From an uncultured candidate division Zixibacteria bacterium (GTDB lineage: Bacteria; Zixibacteria; MSB-5A5; GN15; PGXB01), in the NCBI GenBank assembly GCA_963702205.1, contig OY969724.1, forward strand, positions 3,296,001 through 3,360,000: a stretch of 64,000 nt of DNA, read 5' to 3'. Under the pieces are notes generated by a model. It worked only from the letters and a program-made list of their open reading frames with translations. It did not search any database and was not told where the DNA came from. Both the position numbers and the translations under genes were made by a program. Below are positions 37,389 to 47,600 of the stretch, piece by piece; position 1 is the first letter of the stretch; each line of letters starts with the position of its first letter.

Positions 37389-39725
37389 ATGAAAGAAAAG
37401 GCCCGATATTTAATATATTTCCTATTGGCATTTGGTACTTTTGCCGGCCTCTGCCGGGCGGGCACCCAGGTTATAGATTTTCCTGACTCCCATCTGACCC
37501 GAAGCGAAACGGGCTACCACTATACTCTCCAAAACTCCGACCGTTTGACAATCAACTCCGCCTTTTCACTCCCTGTCCGGACATATTATTTCGACATTTC
37601 CGGACAGCCGGATATGGCAAAACCTGTCGTAGCTTCGCTCGACCGAACCTTTCTCGGATTCATACCCGACAACTTGCGCGCGTTCGACAGAAAGCCCACG
37701 TCGGCGGAGACGGTTCACTTGGCCCCACCGGAACCCGAGGATTTATCCGATGTGATTTACGAATCTGATATAATTTCCATAGATGGCCGCAGCTACCTGC
37801 GCCTGTCCGTCCTGCCGGTTACGATGACCTCAAACGGCACGCTGCTGTTTAATACACGAATAGATTTGGACATTCCCGGTGTCGATGGCCCTATCATCTC
37901 CAAAAAACTTATTACCGATAAAATCACTCAAAGGGATGACAACACGCGCATACATTCAACTAATGCTTCATCCACCTATGGACTTCCACTCGGTTGTGAA
38001 TATGTCATTGTTACCACTCCCGCTCTCGACAGCGCCTTCAGCGATCTGGCCCGGTTCAAACGCCTGTCCGGGATGAGCACCGAAATCGCCCTGATAGATT
38101 CAATTTTCACCTGCTACAAAGGACTCGACAACGCGGCCAAGCTGAAAAATTATCTCATTGATTTCTACAACGCCGGCGGGCGTTATGTTCTTCTGGGCGG
38201 CGATGACAACCTCGTCCCCGTTCGGTATGTCTACTATTATAACGCCGTCTCCACGGTCAATCCCGACGACCTGATGCCGTCTGATTTATATTACGCCGAC
38301 GTCGACGGCGACTGGGATTTCGACGGCGACGGCATCTATGGGGAACCGGATCAGGACCATCCCGATATTTTGCCGGAACTGAAAGTGGGGCGCGTTCCGG
38401 TCGCGGCCGACAGCCTGGCGCGCCATTATGTCAACAAATTGATCGATTACTACACCAATCCCGGCGGCGGCGATTTCAGCTATTTGACTCGGACACTGTT
38501 TTTCACTGCCGACCAGATGCGGGACTATCCCGAGGGCGGTCAGCACGGGGTTATCGCGTCTCAAATCCCCGGCGATTTTGCGGTCGATACCACGACCGGC
38601 GTGGAATACCCCTCAGGCAACGACCCCAACCCCACCAATCCCGGAGGGCCGGAATGCATCGACAGCATCGCCGACGGATATGGGCTGATTCATATTCTCG
38701 CCCACGGGCGCACCGACGGCTTCATGGTTCGCTCGGCCAATTACGCCGAATCACCGGCATCATACATTTTGACTTCTCGCCAGATCGGCGGTCAGGGTTC
38801 GCTTTACACTCTTGAGGCCAACGGCAAAACGTCGGTGTACTATTCCCTCGCCTGCTATATGGGCGGCTTCGATCGCGATACCATCGGCGAACTGCCGTCG
38901 AACTGGTCGTTTGTGGAAAGAATTATCGGCCTTGAAAACTCCGGGGCGGTCGGCATGATTGCCAATACCCGCTGGGGCTGGGTTTATTCGAGCTACTTAC
39001 TGGAAAGCTCGTTTACCGCCCACCTGTTCGGCGACGCCGACGGCAGCCCGGTGACGGCCATGTATCTCTCATGGCAGGACTATCCATACTATCGCGACCT
39101 CGTTTACGGACAAAACTTCTACGGCGACCCGACTTTGATAATGTACCGTGAAGAGCCGGATTTCATGGAAGCAGGCGTCGACCCGCTTCAATACAACAAA
39201 TTAACCGTCAAATCAGGACGAAGCCACATCTCGGTAACCGGGGCTTCCGTTGTGCTGTCCATCGATGACGAAATTATCGAACAGGGCGTCACCAATGATG
39301 CCGGGGACTACTTTTTCTCCACCCCGCTTGTCAACAATGACGGGTACCTCCTGACCGTCGTCAAGGACGGTTTTACTATTTTACAGGATACTTTCGCTCC
39401 GTCTCTCATACTTGACAGCGATGACGATGACAACACGGTCGTGCCCGATGAATTCCGACTGGACCAGAACTACCCCAACCCCTTCAACCCCGTCACCACT
39501 ATTTCGTATACTTTGCCGCTACGCTCCGACGTTGTCCTCGAAATTTTCAATATTCTGGGGCAGCGGGTTTGGAATGAAATTATGTCCGGTCAGGCCGTCG
39601 GCTCGCACACGATCACCTGGGACGGCGTCAATCAGACCGAGCGGCCGGTTGCATCCGGGATATACTTCTACCGCGTTACCGCCGGTGAGTACAGCCAGAC
39701 GAAAAAAATGTTGATGTTGCGCTAG
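37389..39725 (+). CDS. C25 (gingipain-family) cysteine peptidase with FlgD-Ig/T9SS-type C-terminal sorting domain
   Basis: Signal peptide and propeptide; YVLLGGD..VP, SDLYYAD.DGDWD, VGRVP; catalytic AHG and ACY; GDP; CTD QNYPNPFNP..WDG..SGIYFYR..KKMLMLR. Confidence 0.9.
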   Translation: MKEKARYLIYFLLAFGTFAGLCRAGTQVIDFPDSHLTRSETGYHYTLQNSDRLTINSAFSLPVRTYYFDISGQPDMAKPVVASLDRTFLGFIPDNLRAFDRKPTSAETVHLAPPEPEDLSDVIYESDIISIDGRSYLRLSVLPVTMTSNGTLLFNTRIDLDIPGVDGPIISKKLITDKITQRDDNTRIHSTNASSTYGLPLGCEYVIVTTPALDSAFSDLARFKRLSGMSTEIALIDSIFTCYKGLDNAAKLKNYLIDFYNAGGRYVLLGGDDNLVPVRYVYYYNAVSTVNPDDLMPSDLYYADVDGDWDFDGDGIYGEPDQDHPDILPELKVGRVPVAADSLARHYVNKLIDYYTNPGGGDFSYLTRTLFFTADQMRDYPEGGQHGVIASQIPGDFAVDTTTGVEYPSGNDPNPTNPGGPECIDSIADGYGLIHILAHGRTDGFMVRSANYAESPASYILTSRQIGGQGSLYTLEANGKTSVYYSLACYMGGFDRDTIGELPSNWSFVERIIGLENSGAVGMIANTRWGWVYSSYLLESSFTAHLFGDADGSPVTAMYLSWQDYPYYRDLVYGQNFYGDPTLIMYREEPDFMEAGVDPLQYNKLTVKSGRSHISVTGASVVLSIDDEIIEQGVTNDAGDYFFSTPLVNNDGYLLTVVKDGFTILQDTFAPSLILDSDDDDNTVVPDEFRLDQNYPNPFNPVTTISYTLPLRSDVVLEIFNILGQRVWNEIMSGQAVGSHTITWDGVNQTERPVASGIYFYRVTAGEYSQTKKMLMLR

Positions 39726-39727
39726 GA

Positions 39728-40585
39728 TTATTTGCGCAGGGATGCGAGCGCCGCGCGGATATACGCTCCTATATAAAGAAGCGGTGTCCACAAAATCAGC
39801 AGGAGTTTTTCGATAAGGCTCCTGCTGTATTTTTTGAAGTACAATATCATCGCCCGGTGGGATTCGACAATCAGCCGAGGTTTGTCTTTGCGGACGCTTC
39901 CCCCTTTGTAATGTTCGACTACTGCATCCGGATAGTACACATTTTTAAAATCCCCCTCACAGACCCTGCGGCAAAAGTCGACGTCGTTGAAAAATATTTT
40001 GAACCGTTCGTCGAACCGTCCGATCTTTTCTATCACCGCGCGGCTAACCATCAGCGCCGCCCCCATCGGCTGGTCGACTTCGCGTTCGCTTAGATGATCG
40101 AACCAGCCCATCCTCCATCGCCCGAACAAGCGCGATCTGGGAAATAAAAAGGCCAGACCGGTAAAATCGAACAGCAGATGGCGATATTTCGGAAAAGACC
40201 GGCAGGAATACTGAAGCTGGCCGTCAAAGCCGATCAGCTTCGGCCCGATAGTCCCGATTGACTTATCCTGTTCCATGCGCTCAGCGAGTTTCTCAATCGC
40301 TTTGCCCTGAATCCGGGTGTCCTGGTTCAAGATAAATACATATTCTCCGATGCATTTTTCCAGACCTTGATTGACCGCCAGTGCAAAACCGAGGTTTTGG
40401 CTGTTTTCAACGAGCGTAATACCAGGAAAGCGCATTTTGATTATATCAAGCGTTCCATCAGTAGAGCCATTATCGACGACTATTATTTCATAATCCGTAC
40501 CTTGAAGAGATTTCCGCACCGAAGTAAGGCAATCGCCAATGAACTCTTCACCATAGAAACTGACTATTATGATCGAATAGCGCAT
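39728..40585 (-). CDS. GT2 family glycosyltransferase (WbbL-like)
   Basis: SIIIV, VVDNGSTDG, N.GF..A.N, LNQD, FDE.F..FNDVD. Confidence 0.9.
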   Translation of the reverse strand: MRYSIIIVSFYGEEFIGDCLTSVRKSLQGTDYEIIVVDNGSTDGTLDIIKMRFPGITLVENSQNLGFALAVNQGLEKCIGEYVFILNQDTRIQGKAIEKLAERMEQDKSIGTIGPKLIGFDGQLQYSCRSFPKYRHLLFDFTGLAFLFPRSRLFGRWRMGWFDHLSEREVDQPMGAALMVSRAVIEKIGRFDERFKIFFNDVDFCRRVCEGDFKNVYYPDAVVEHYKGGSVRKDKPRLIVESHRAMILYFKKYSRSLIEKLLLILWTPLLYIGAYIRAALASLRK

Positions 40586-41836
40586 TTATCTTCCGGCTGT
40601 GATATTTTTGATTAACGAAGAATATTTCTGCACCATCGCGGTTGCGGTGTAATTTACGTATTGATTGTCGTCCGAAAAATCAATCGGACCATCAATTAAC
40701 TCAAACATCCTTCCCGCGGCCCACTCAAAATTAATAAAGTCAGTGACAATATTATTCTCACGCTTTTTTAATAATTCCGCCAGATCGGAATCGGGATGGG
40801 TTACCGCGAGAATCGGCTTACCCGATACCAGCATATCGAATATTCTGCCCGGCAGTATATGATATTCACCCTGATCTTGTACCGCGATATATAGGAGATT
40901 CGAATCGGCCAGTGACTCGATTGCCCTCTGATGCGAAAGATATCCGAGAAGCCTCACATTTTCTCCCAGATTGTACTTATGGGCTAACATAAGGACTTCT
41001 TCAGGATTGCATTTACCCGCATGCGTGACAAATATATTCTTCCTTAATTCAGAGCGGGATTTAATGACTTCGCTCAATATTGCAAATAGCGGCTCGATCG
41101 GTGTCAGGCGGCTGATGGTCCCCAAAACTCCGATTTTGAATTTGCTCTCATCTCCTTTGTCCCGGTTCTTCCAATAATCGATCACGCCGTCATCGGCGGC
41201 ATTGTATATCAGCTCGCCCCGTCCAAGGTATGATATGATGCTCTGGTTAACTCCAACGACCTCGTCGGCACTTCTGATTATCTTATCTTTCAACTCCCGG
41301 GCGAATTCGATCTGCGATTGACGGTGGTACACCTTTTCAATCGGCAGCGAATGCCAAAAATCCTGAAAATCCGCGATCCAGGGCAGATTGTATCTGGTTT
41401 TCAGCTTAAGTCCGATCATGTGCGTCGATGGCGGCGGGGACGTGGTAATAATGCACTTTATTTTGCACTTCTCGATAATCGAACGGGCGCTTCCGTGGGC
41501 AAAATAATTCCAGCCTCTCTTGAAGTCGGGTCGACGCAAAATCCCCGAAGAAAAAGTCCCGACGTCCGACTTACGAGTGATATTGCGAATTCCCGCCAGA
41601 TACAGCAAGCGCGACGGGTCCAATGACCCGGCCCGGTAAATTCGCGATGTATCGACGTCATCTAATAAGCTGTTATCGTACTCGGGATAGACGATGTTCT
41701 TAACCGTAAGTACATGCGGTGTTATATTGTACCGTTCGAGATATTTATAAAGCTCCAAAGCGCGCCAGACGCCCCCGAGCCCCAGCGGCGGGAAATAATA
41801 AGCGATCAGAAGAACATTGATTGGAGCATCAGGCAT
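40586..41836 (-). CDS. GT4-type (GT-B) glycosyltransferase
   Basis: AYYFPP..GG..R, TSPP, W.ADF.D.W, PG.IFD..SGKPIL. Confidence 0.85.
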   Translation of the reverse strand: MPDAPINVLLIAYYFPPLGLGGVWRALELYKYLERYNITPHVLTVKNIVYPEYDNSLLDDVDTSRIYRAGSLDPSRLLYLAGIRNITRKSDVGTFSSGILRRPDFKRGWNYFAHGSARSIIEKCKIKCIITTSPPPSTHMIGLKLKTRYNLPWIADFQDFWHSLPIEKVYHRQSQIEFARELKDKIIRSADEVVGVNQSIISYLGRGELIYNAADDGVIDYWKNRDKGDESKFKIGVLGTISRLTPIEPLFAILSEVIKSRSELRKNIFVTHAGKCNPEEVLMLAHKYNLGENVRLLGYLSHQRAIESLADSNLLYIAVQDQGEYHILPGRIFDMLVSGKPILAVTHPDSDLAELLKKRENNIVTDFINFEWAAGRMFELIDGPIDFSDDNQYVNYTATAMVQKYSSLIKNITAGR

Positions 41837-42908
41837 GCACCAGGTCCTGCATCGTTTTGATAGCGATTTCGATAGTTTCTTCGAAACGTCCGCGCCGCTC
41901 GGCTTTCTTACGATTGCCTTGCAGGATGTTTCCGATTTCGATTTGCCCCGATAATAACCTATCGAACTGCTGTTTCAATGATTTCGCGCTTGATACATCG
42001 AACATCAAGGCGCTTTTATCGTCGGCCCAATCCCGGACGCCGTCGATATTGCCCACGACCGGAAACAGCCCGGCCGCCATAACCTCGATCAGCGACGCCG
42101 GTGATGAATCCGACAGGGCGGCGGAAAGATAAACGTCGAATCCCGATAAAAACTTCGGGTAGTCCGGACGCGCCACCCGGTTATAAAATTGTACCTGACT
42201 CGCACTGTACTTAGTGCGGACTATCGCCTCGAAGCCGTCGAGCCTTGTTCCCCAGTGCGGAAAGGTCAAAGTGATTTTGTTCTGCGAGACCAGGTCGCCC
42301 AACGCTTCGATAATCAGTTCGTTGTTGTAGACTTCTTCCTGCGGCCTCGGGATGAAAACATCGATTGTCGGTCTTTTCAGGAAATCCGAATCACGCTTTT
42401 GTGTATATATATCGAAAATATCCTGCTCGGCGCCCCAGTACTTTATTTTGACGTTCGCTTCCGGCTCGATCTCGCGAATTTTCGACGCCATATGTTCCGA
42501 ATCCGAAAAAACCACGTTGGCCCGTCCCAGCGCGGTTCGCACCCGGGCTTTGTGTATCGCGGTTTTGTTCGCCGAAATCAAAATATCAGAACCGAGGCAG
42601 GTTAAAACCAGCGGCTTCGATTTCCAAACCCGCGATACCGCCGCGGAAAAACCGTAGCCCGACGCCGAGTGGGCATCGACAATGTCGATTTTCTTTTCGT
42701 TAACGATTTCCGCGATCTGCCCGGCGGCAAAGAGATAATCAAGCCCGGTAATGCCCAAACGACCCTTCAGGTGAATATCGACAATATCTCCTTCTTCGAG
42801 CGACGCCACCCACACGGTCATCTTGCGCTCGCGCAGGGCGGTCACATAGCGTTCGCCGTGCACCGAACGCCCGTCGTCGAGAACCAGTATGTTCAGCGGT
42901 TTTTCCAT
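41829..42908 (-). CDS. GT4 family glycosyltransferase
   Basis: S.H..RY, AH....YG, GSDI, SDSSPASLIEVMAAG. Confidence 0.85.
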   Translation of the reverse strand: MEKPLNILVLDDGRSVHGERYVTALRERKMTVWVASLEEGDIVDIHLKGRLGITGLDYLFAAGQIAEIVNEKKIDIVDAHSASGYGFSAAVSRVWKSKPLVLTCLGSDILISANKTAIHKARVRTALGRANVVFSDSEHMASKIREIEPEANVKIKYWGAEQDIFDIYTQKRDSDFLKRPTIDVFIPRPQEEVYNNELIIEALGDLVSQNKITLTFPHWGTRLDGFEAIVRTKYSASQVQFYNRVARPDYPKFLSGFDVYLSAALSDSSPASLIEVMAAGLFPVVGNIDGVRDWADDKSALMFDVSSAKSLKQQFDRLLSGQIEIGNILQGNRKKAERRGRFEETIEIAIKTMQDLVHA

Positions 42909-43834
42909 CGATAATAAAGTGCTCCCATAGCGCTGTAATACGTGTACGACTTCACTTCCGTTTCCCGTCCGCCCCAGCGTTTTTTAAACTCGATCAGCCC
43001 TTCGGCGTCGCGCGGGGAACCACCGAGGTCGATCTTATTTATCCCCAGCTCACGGGCGCGTCCGATAATATAATCCATCAGCAGGTAATTAGCTTTAAGA
43101 TTTCCATGCTCTCTGTCGGAACAACCCTGCCAGTTCAGTATGCGATCGCCTAAGATAAAACTTATACTTGATGCAATAAGTCTATCCTCGTATTGTGCCG
43201 CAATCCAAATAATGCGTCTGTCGGTCCTAGATAACTCGAGCAGGCGCTCAAATAATGTCTTATCGTAGCGCGGAACCGTTTTGTGACGCCCGGACGTTAT
43301 TGCGACAAGGCCGTGAAAATCATGCAGCCAGCCTGGATTATTGAACACGACTACTTCTGCGTCGCGCCTTTTTCCTGTCCTGATATGTATATTAACGCTC
43401 CGATCACGCCCGGCTTCGGGGTCGTCGAGATCTAATATATGGGTCAAGTGTGTACTTAACCGGTACTCCGGCGGAGCCGTTTCTGTCCCGGAGTCATGAA
43501 TCGTTGCCCGGAAAAACCTGTTTTTGCGGAAATAATCGAGCGTCCGTTTATATAATTCCAACTTGATATCCGGATCGTCTTTGACCGCAATGGCACCGCC
43601 GGGGAAGCCGTCGATCATCGATTCAAACCTCGGCATCAGGCGACCGCCGCTCAGGACCCCGGGCATACCGGCCAGAATCCGTTCATTTTCTTCAAGCGCG
43701 AAAAAAACCGGCCGAATTTTACTGTTTTGCCAGACGGCAACAAAATCCGGTGAGGCCATCAGGGATTTTTCGGCCAGGATGCTCCATCGCTCCCGGTTCA
43801 GCGTTTCCCCGGAATATATTTTAAACGAAATCAT
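42893..43834 (-). CDS. GNAT/FemAB-like (CelD/BcsL-type) acyl- or aminoacyl-transferase
   Basis: THILDL, IR.G.R, ANYLL..II, DLGGS, GL..FK.RWGG. Confidence 0.8.
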   Translation of the reverse strand: MISFKIYSGETLNRERWSILAEKSLMASPDFVAVWQNSKIRPVFFALEENERILAGMPGVLSGGRLMPRFESMIDGFPGGAIAVKDDPDIKLELYKRTLDYFRKNRFFRATIHDSGTETAPPEYRLSTHLTHILDLDDPEAGRDRSVNIHIRTGKRRDAEVVVFNNPGWLHDFHGLVAITSGRHKTVPRYDKTLFERLLELSRTDRRIIWIAAQYEDRLIASSISFILGDRILNWQGCSDREHGNLKANYLLMDYIIGRARELGINKIDLGGSPRDAEGLIEFKKRWGGRETEVKSYTYYSAMGALYYRWKNR

Positions 43835-46026
43835 TGCCGGACTAATAGAATCTTGCCCCGCCCAACCGATCCGTCCTCGGCCGTCAACAGGTAAAGATAA
43901 ACCCCCGAAGCCACGTCTCTCCCCTGCTGGTTTTTCCCGTCCCAGTTCTCATTGATATTCAGAACGCGGACCAGGTCTCCGCTGACGGTGTATATGTGCA
44001 CGGTCGCTTCGCCGTCGTAATTGAATTTCAGTTCGTCGGAAGCGTTGTGGATCACATAGGGATTGGGAAAGGCTATGACGTTTTTGAGATCCGACGTGAT
44101 CGGCCCGAATTCCGACTTTCTGATCGAGAGCCCGGCCGACGTGCCGACCCAGGTGTCACCCGTACTATTGTTGATTGCCAACGCCGTCACTCGATCATTG
44201 CTTAGTCCCGAATTCAGCGTGGTAAACACTTCGACGTCGCCGGTCACCGGATTCTGACGCCCCAATCCGTTAATGGCCGCCATCCACACGAAATTGCGGC
44301 TGTCCACTTCTATCTTCGTAACGCCGGGTCCGAAACCGAGCGGAAGTGAGACGTCGAGGAACCGGTCAATCCCGGCATCGTAATAAGACATCCCGGCAAA
44401 CGTCCCCACCCGAAGGGTGCCGTTGTTGTCGAAATTGACGTCATAAACGATGTTCGATCCCAGCCGTCGGTTGTCCTCCCGAAAATTGACCAGTGAATCA
44501 TCGGATTTGTCGAACGGGTCCGGGCCGTAGTAATAATAAAAAACCCCGGAATTTTCCGTGCCCACCACGAAGACCCCGTCAAAGGCCGCGATCACCTGAA
44601 CCCGGTCGGTCGTAATGCCATCGGCCAGGCCGAAAGAAGCCCACCGGCCGGGATCGTACGGGTCCGTCAAATCCACCACCGATACCGGGTTGCCATCCAG
44701 CGCCCGGTACGCGGTTACGAACATATAGTTGCGGTCGATGGCCATGTCGCGCACCACCACATATGTGCCGTTTTCCGATACACCGCGCAGCGTGGAATTA
44801 TTTTCATCGAAATTCACCAGGCCTTCGGGCGTGACCAGATTCAACCCGCCCCCCCACTGCCCGAGCCACAGTCTGCCCTGATTATCGAACCGAGCCGATG
44901 TCACCCAATCGCCCGACAGCATTTCAATATTGTTAAAGTCACTGCCGTCGTACAGACTCGAACCGTTATAAAAGAAACCGCCCCCGATATCTATACCGTC
45001 CGAGGCCGCCAAAGCCGACACGTAATTTCCCGGCAAACCCTCATCGTTGACGTTTTCGTATCCCGAATCCCCACCGAAATACACTCCGTTCGAGGCTGTG
45101 CCTATCCAGTGTTCATCCCCAATTATAATACCGCCCGCAAAATCACTGGTTGGTATCGATGGCGTATTGTTGGCAATAACTCCGCTTTCTCTGTAAATGA
45201 AAAAACCCCGATCGGAGTAAATGTACAAGCTGTCGCCGTGGATTCTTAATCGACGAATCTCATTCGGCTCGCGGGTCGGGATTTTTATAAACGACGTATC
45301 AGCGCCGTCGATGGCCAGCTTGAACGCATTGCGGCCATTGCCGACAAACAACGTATCGTGAAATATCCTGACCGCCGTGGTTTTGTCCACCAAGAGTTCA
45401 TTGTATTCTTCCCGCTTAAATGAAACCCAGTTGGCAAATGATTTTAACTGCCGGGGATCGGTACGGTCGGCGACCGCCAGTCCCCCGGACGTGGCCAGCC
45501 AGATGGAGTCGCCCGAAAGCTCGATATCATACACCTCCGACTCCGGATCAAGACCGCCGAAACGATAATAGAAATCTTCGATTTGCCCGTCATACGTCGT
45601 TTTGGAAAACAAAGCCAGGCCGACCGACGTGCCCACCCAGAGGTAATCGCCGTCGTCCGCCAGACAGTACAGCGTTAAAAGTTTATTGTCGCTGTCGAAG
45701 AACAGAAACGGCGTAAAAACACCGTCTCGATACCGCACCAGACGACCGGCCCCGGCCAGCCAGACGGTACCCTTGGCATCTTTGAGGACGTAATGCATAT
45801 CATTGGTGCCCATGCCGTCGGTATTGGTCGTCTTGCTTATACCCAAAGTGGTCGGATCGACCCTCAGCCATCCGCCCGAGGAAATCACCTGTACCGAATC
45901 GTTGAAATAGTCGATATAACGAATTTCGCGGGCCGACGTGATCGACGTCCAACCATCGGTGGCAGCTCCTTCGGCGACGGCGGCGAAAAACAGTACCGCA
46001 AATATGACTGACGAAATCCTTTTCAT
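43831..46026 (-). CDS. PorZ-like secreted double beta-propeller with FlgD-Ig/T9SS-type CTD
   Basis: Signal peptide; many W(V/L)GT..GL propeller blades; NSGL..D.V; C-terminal AFPNPY..WDGKN..G..VASGVY..GKILLVR. Confidence 0.75.
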   Translation of the reverse strand: MKRISSVIFAVLFFAAVAEGAATDGWTSITSAREIRYIDYFNDSVQVISSGGWLRVDPTTLGISKTTNTDGMGTNDMHYVLKDAKGTVWLAGAGRLVRYRDGVFTPFLFFDSDNKLLTLYCLADDGDYLWVGTSVGLALFSKTTYDGQIEDFYYRFGGLDPESEVYDIELSGDSIWLATSGGLAVADRTDPRQLKSFANWVSFKREEYNELLVDKTTAVRIFHDTLFVGNGRNAFKLAIDGADTSFIKIPTREPNEIRRLRIHGDSLYIYSDRGFFIYRESGVIANNTPSIPTSDFAGGIIIGDEHWIGTASNGVYFGGDSGYENVNDEGLPGNYVSALAASDGIDIGGGFFYNGSSLYDGSDFNNIEMLSGDWVTSARFDNQGRLWLGQWGGGLNLVTPEGLVNFDENNSTLRGVSENGTYVVVRDMAIDRNYMFVTAYRALDGNPVSVVDLTDPYDPGRWASFGLADGITTDRVQVIAAFDGVFVVGTENSGVFYYYYGPDPFDKSDDSLVNFREDNRRLGSNIVYDVNFDNNGTLRVGTFAGMSYYDAGIDRFLDVSLPLGFGPGVTKIEVDSRNFVWMAAINGLGRQNPVTGDVEVFTTLNSGLSNDRVTALAINNSTGDTWVGTSAGLSIRKSEFGPITSDLKNVIAFPNPYVIHNASDELKFNYDGEATVHIYTVSGDLVRVLNINENWDGKNQQGRDVASGVYLYLLTAEDGSVGRGKILLVRQ

Positions 46027-47600
46027 TTCACTCTTTTTACGAGACCTAATATCAATAATATAGACAATATCGCGACCGTAAGCAACCAGCTGATTCGGCC
46101 AACAATCGGTCCCGTTTTCGTGAATATCGAATAGCCCACGGCCGGGGTGACGCCGCCGATAACGACTTCTTTCTTAAAAAGCCCCGTCTCCTCACGGACG
46201 CGGCCGTAAGGATCGATAAAGCCGGAAATCCCGCTGTTGGCACACCGGGCTATCCAGGTGCGGTTTTCCACGGCTCGGAAGACGACCAGGCGCAAATGCT
46301 GAAACGGACCGGAGCTTCTCCCGAACCAGGTATCGTTGGTGATATTGACGATAAACTGAGCCCCATTCAAAACGCCTTTTCGGACAAAATCAGGAAAGGC
46401 CGATTCGAAACAGATCAATACGCTGTAACCGACGTCGTGGCTGCTGAACAATATTATTGAATCACCGGGATAGAAATCCGACCACCACTGCACCTTGTTG
46501 GTTTTTATGGCATCGAGATATTTTCCCAGAAAATCACGGCTCAAAAATGGGAGATAATTCTGGTACGGAGCCTGTTCCGAAAACGGGACCAGTTTATTTT
46601 TGTGATAGATATATTCTATCCGTCCGAGCGTGTCGAACTGGAAAGCCGAATTGAACGTTCTCTGTTTGCCGTCGGCCATGGATGCATCCTCCGCCCCGAG
46701 CAAATTAGGTGCGCCGCTTTTGCGGGCGGTTTCCGCCAGTATCTGGCGATAATGGCTGTCCCAGCGAGGATAGGCCGGGGCAGCCGTCTCCGGCCAGACA
46801 ATCAAATTGACCGAATCACGTCCCGCCACCTGTGCCATTGAATCATATAAAACGAAATTCAAATCGCGCGTATTTTCGCCCCATTTCTCGTTCAGTGGGA
46901 CATCTCCCTGCAGCAGTGCTATCGGGTATCTGGGCGGCACTTCCAGCGGCGGCAATTCCGCCCATCCGAAAACGTACACGATCAGCAGCAAGGCCAGAAA
47001 GCCGACCGCGCTGGTTACCCGGCGCTCCAGCCGGTTCTTTCCGGAAAACAGCTGCCAGACGAATATATTCATTATCACCAGCACGAACGACAGCCCGTAA
47101 ACTCCGATGACCGATACGATTTGTATCATGGTTAAATAGTACCCCTGGCTGTAGCCCAGATCGGTCCATGGAAAAGCACATTGAGTCAGACTGCGGAAAT
47201 ATTCCATACCGACCCAAAGAAAAGGCAAAGCCACCAGCCCGATATTTCGGCGATAATGATATAATTTATTATAGGCCAGTAGTACTATCGCCGGATACAA
47301 TGACAGTATGAATATAGCCGCGACCATCCCCGGCGGCGTTACTATCGCCACCCAGTACAACTGAAACAGGTTGGACATGAACGAATAAAAGTACGCGGCC
47401 CTGAAGGCATCTTTGCCCTTCAGGTTGGAAATTATCGCGATCGGGCGGGCCAGAGAGATCCATCCCAGAAAACCGAGCGGAAGAGGAAGATACGCGAGCG
47501 CGAGAATAAAAGCCCAGAACGTCAGTTCCATCCGGCGAATCCGGATCGACGCGTCCTTGGGCCAGAAAAATTCTTTAATTCCTCGTAACGGGGACTTCAC
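46023..47600 (-). CDS. lnt: Apolipoprotein N-acyltransferase
   Basis: FPW..LGY, WPETA, K.KLVPFSE, ICFES, TNDTWFG, RAVEN, NSGIS. Confidence 0.96.
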   Translation of the reverse strand: MKSPLRGIKEFFWPKDASIRIRRMELTFWAFILALAYLPLPLGFLGWISLARPIAIISNLKGKDAFRAAYFYSFMSNLFQLYWVAIVTPPGMVAAIFILSLYPAIVLLAYNKLYHYRRNIGLVALPFLWVGMEYFRSLTQCAFPWTDLGYSQGYYLTMIQIVSVIGVYGLSFVLVIMNIFVWQLFSGKNRLERRVTSAVGFLALLLIVYVFGWAELPPLEVPPRYPIALLQGDVPLNEKWGENTRDLNFVLYDSMAQVAGRDSVNLIVWPETAAPAYPRWDSHYRQILAETARKSGAPNLLGAEDASMADGKQRTFNSAFQFDTLGRIEYIYHKNKLVPFSEQAPYQNYLPFLSRDFLGKYLDAIKTNKVQWWSDFYPGDSIILFSSHDVGYSVLICFESAFPDFVRKGVLNGAQFIVNITNDTWFGRSSGPFQHLRLVVFRAVENRTWIARCANSGISGFIDPYGRVREETGLFKKEVVIGGVTPAVGYSIFTKTGPIVGRISWLLTVAILSILLILGLVKRVK

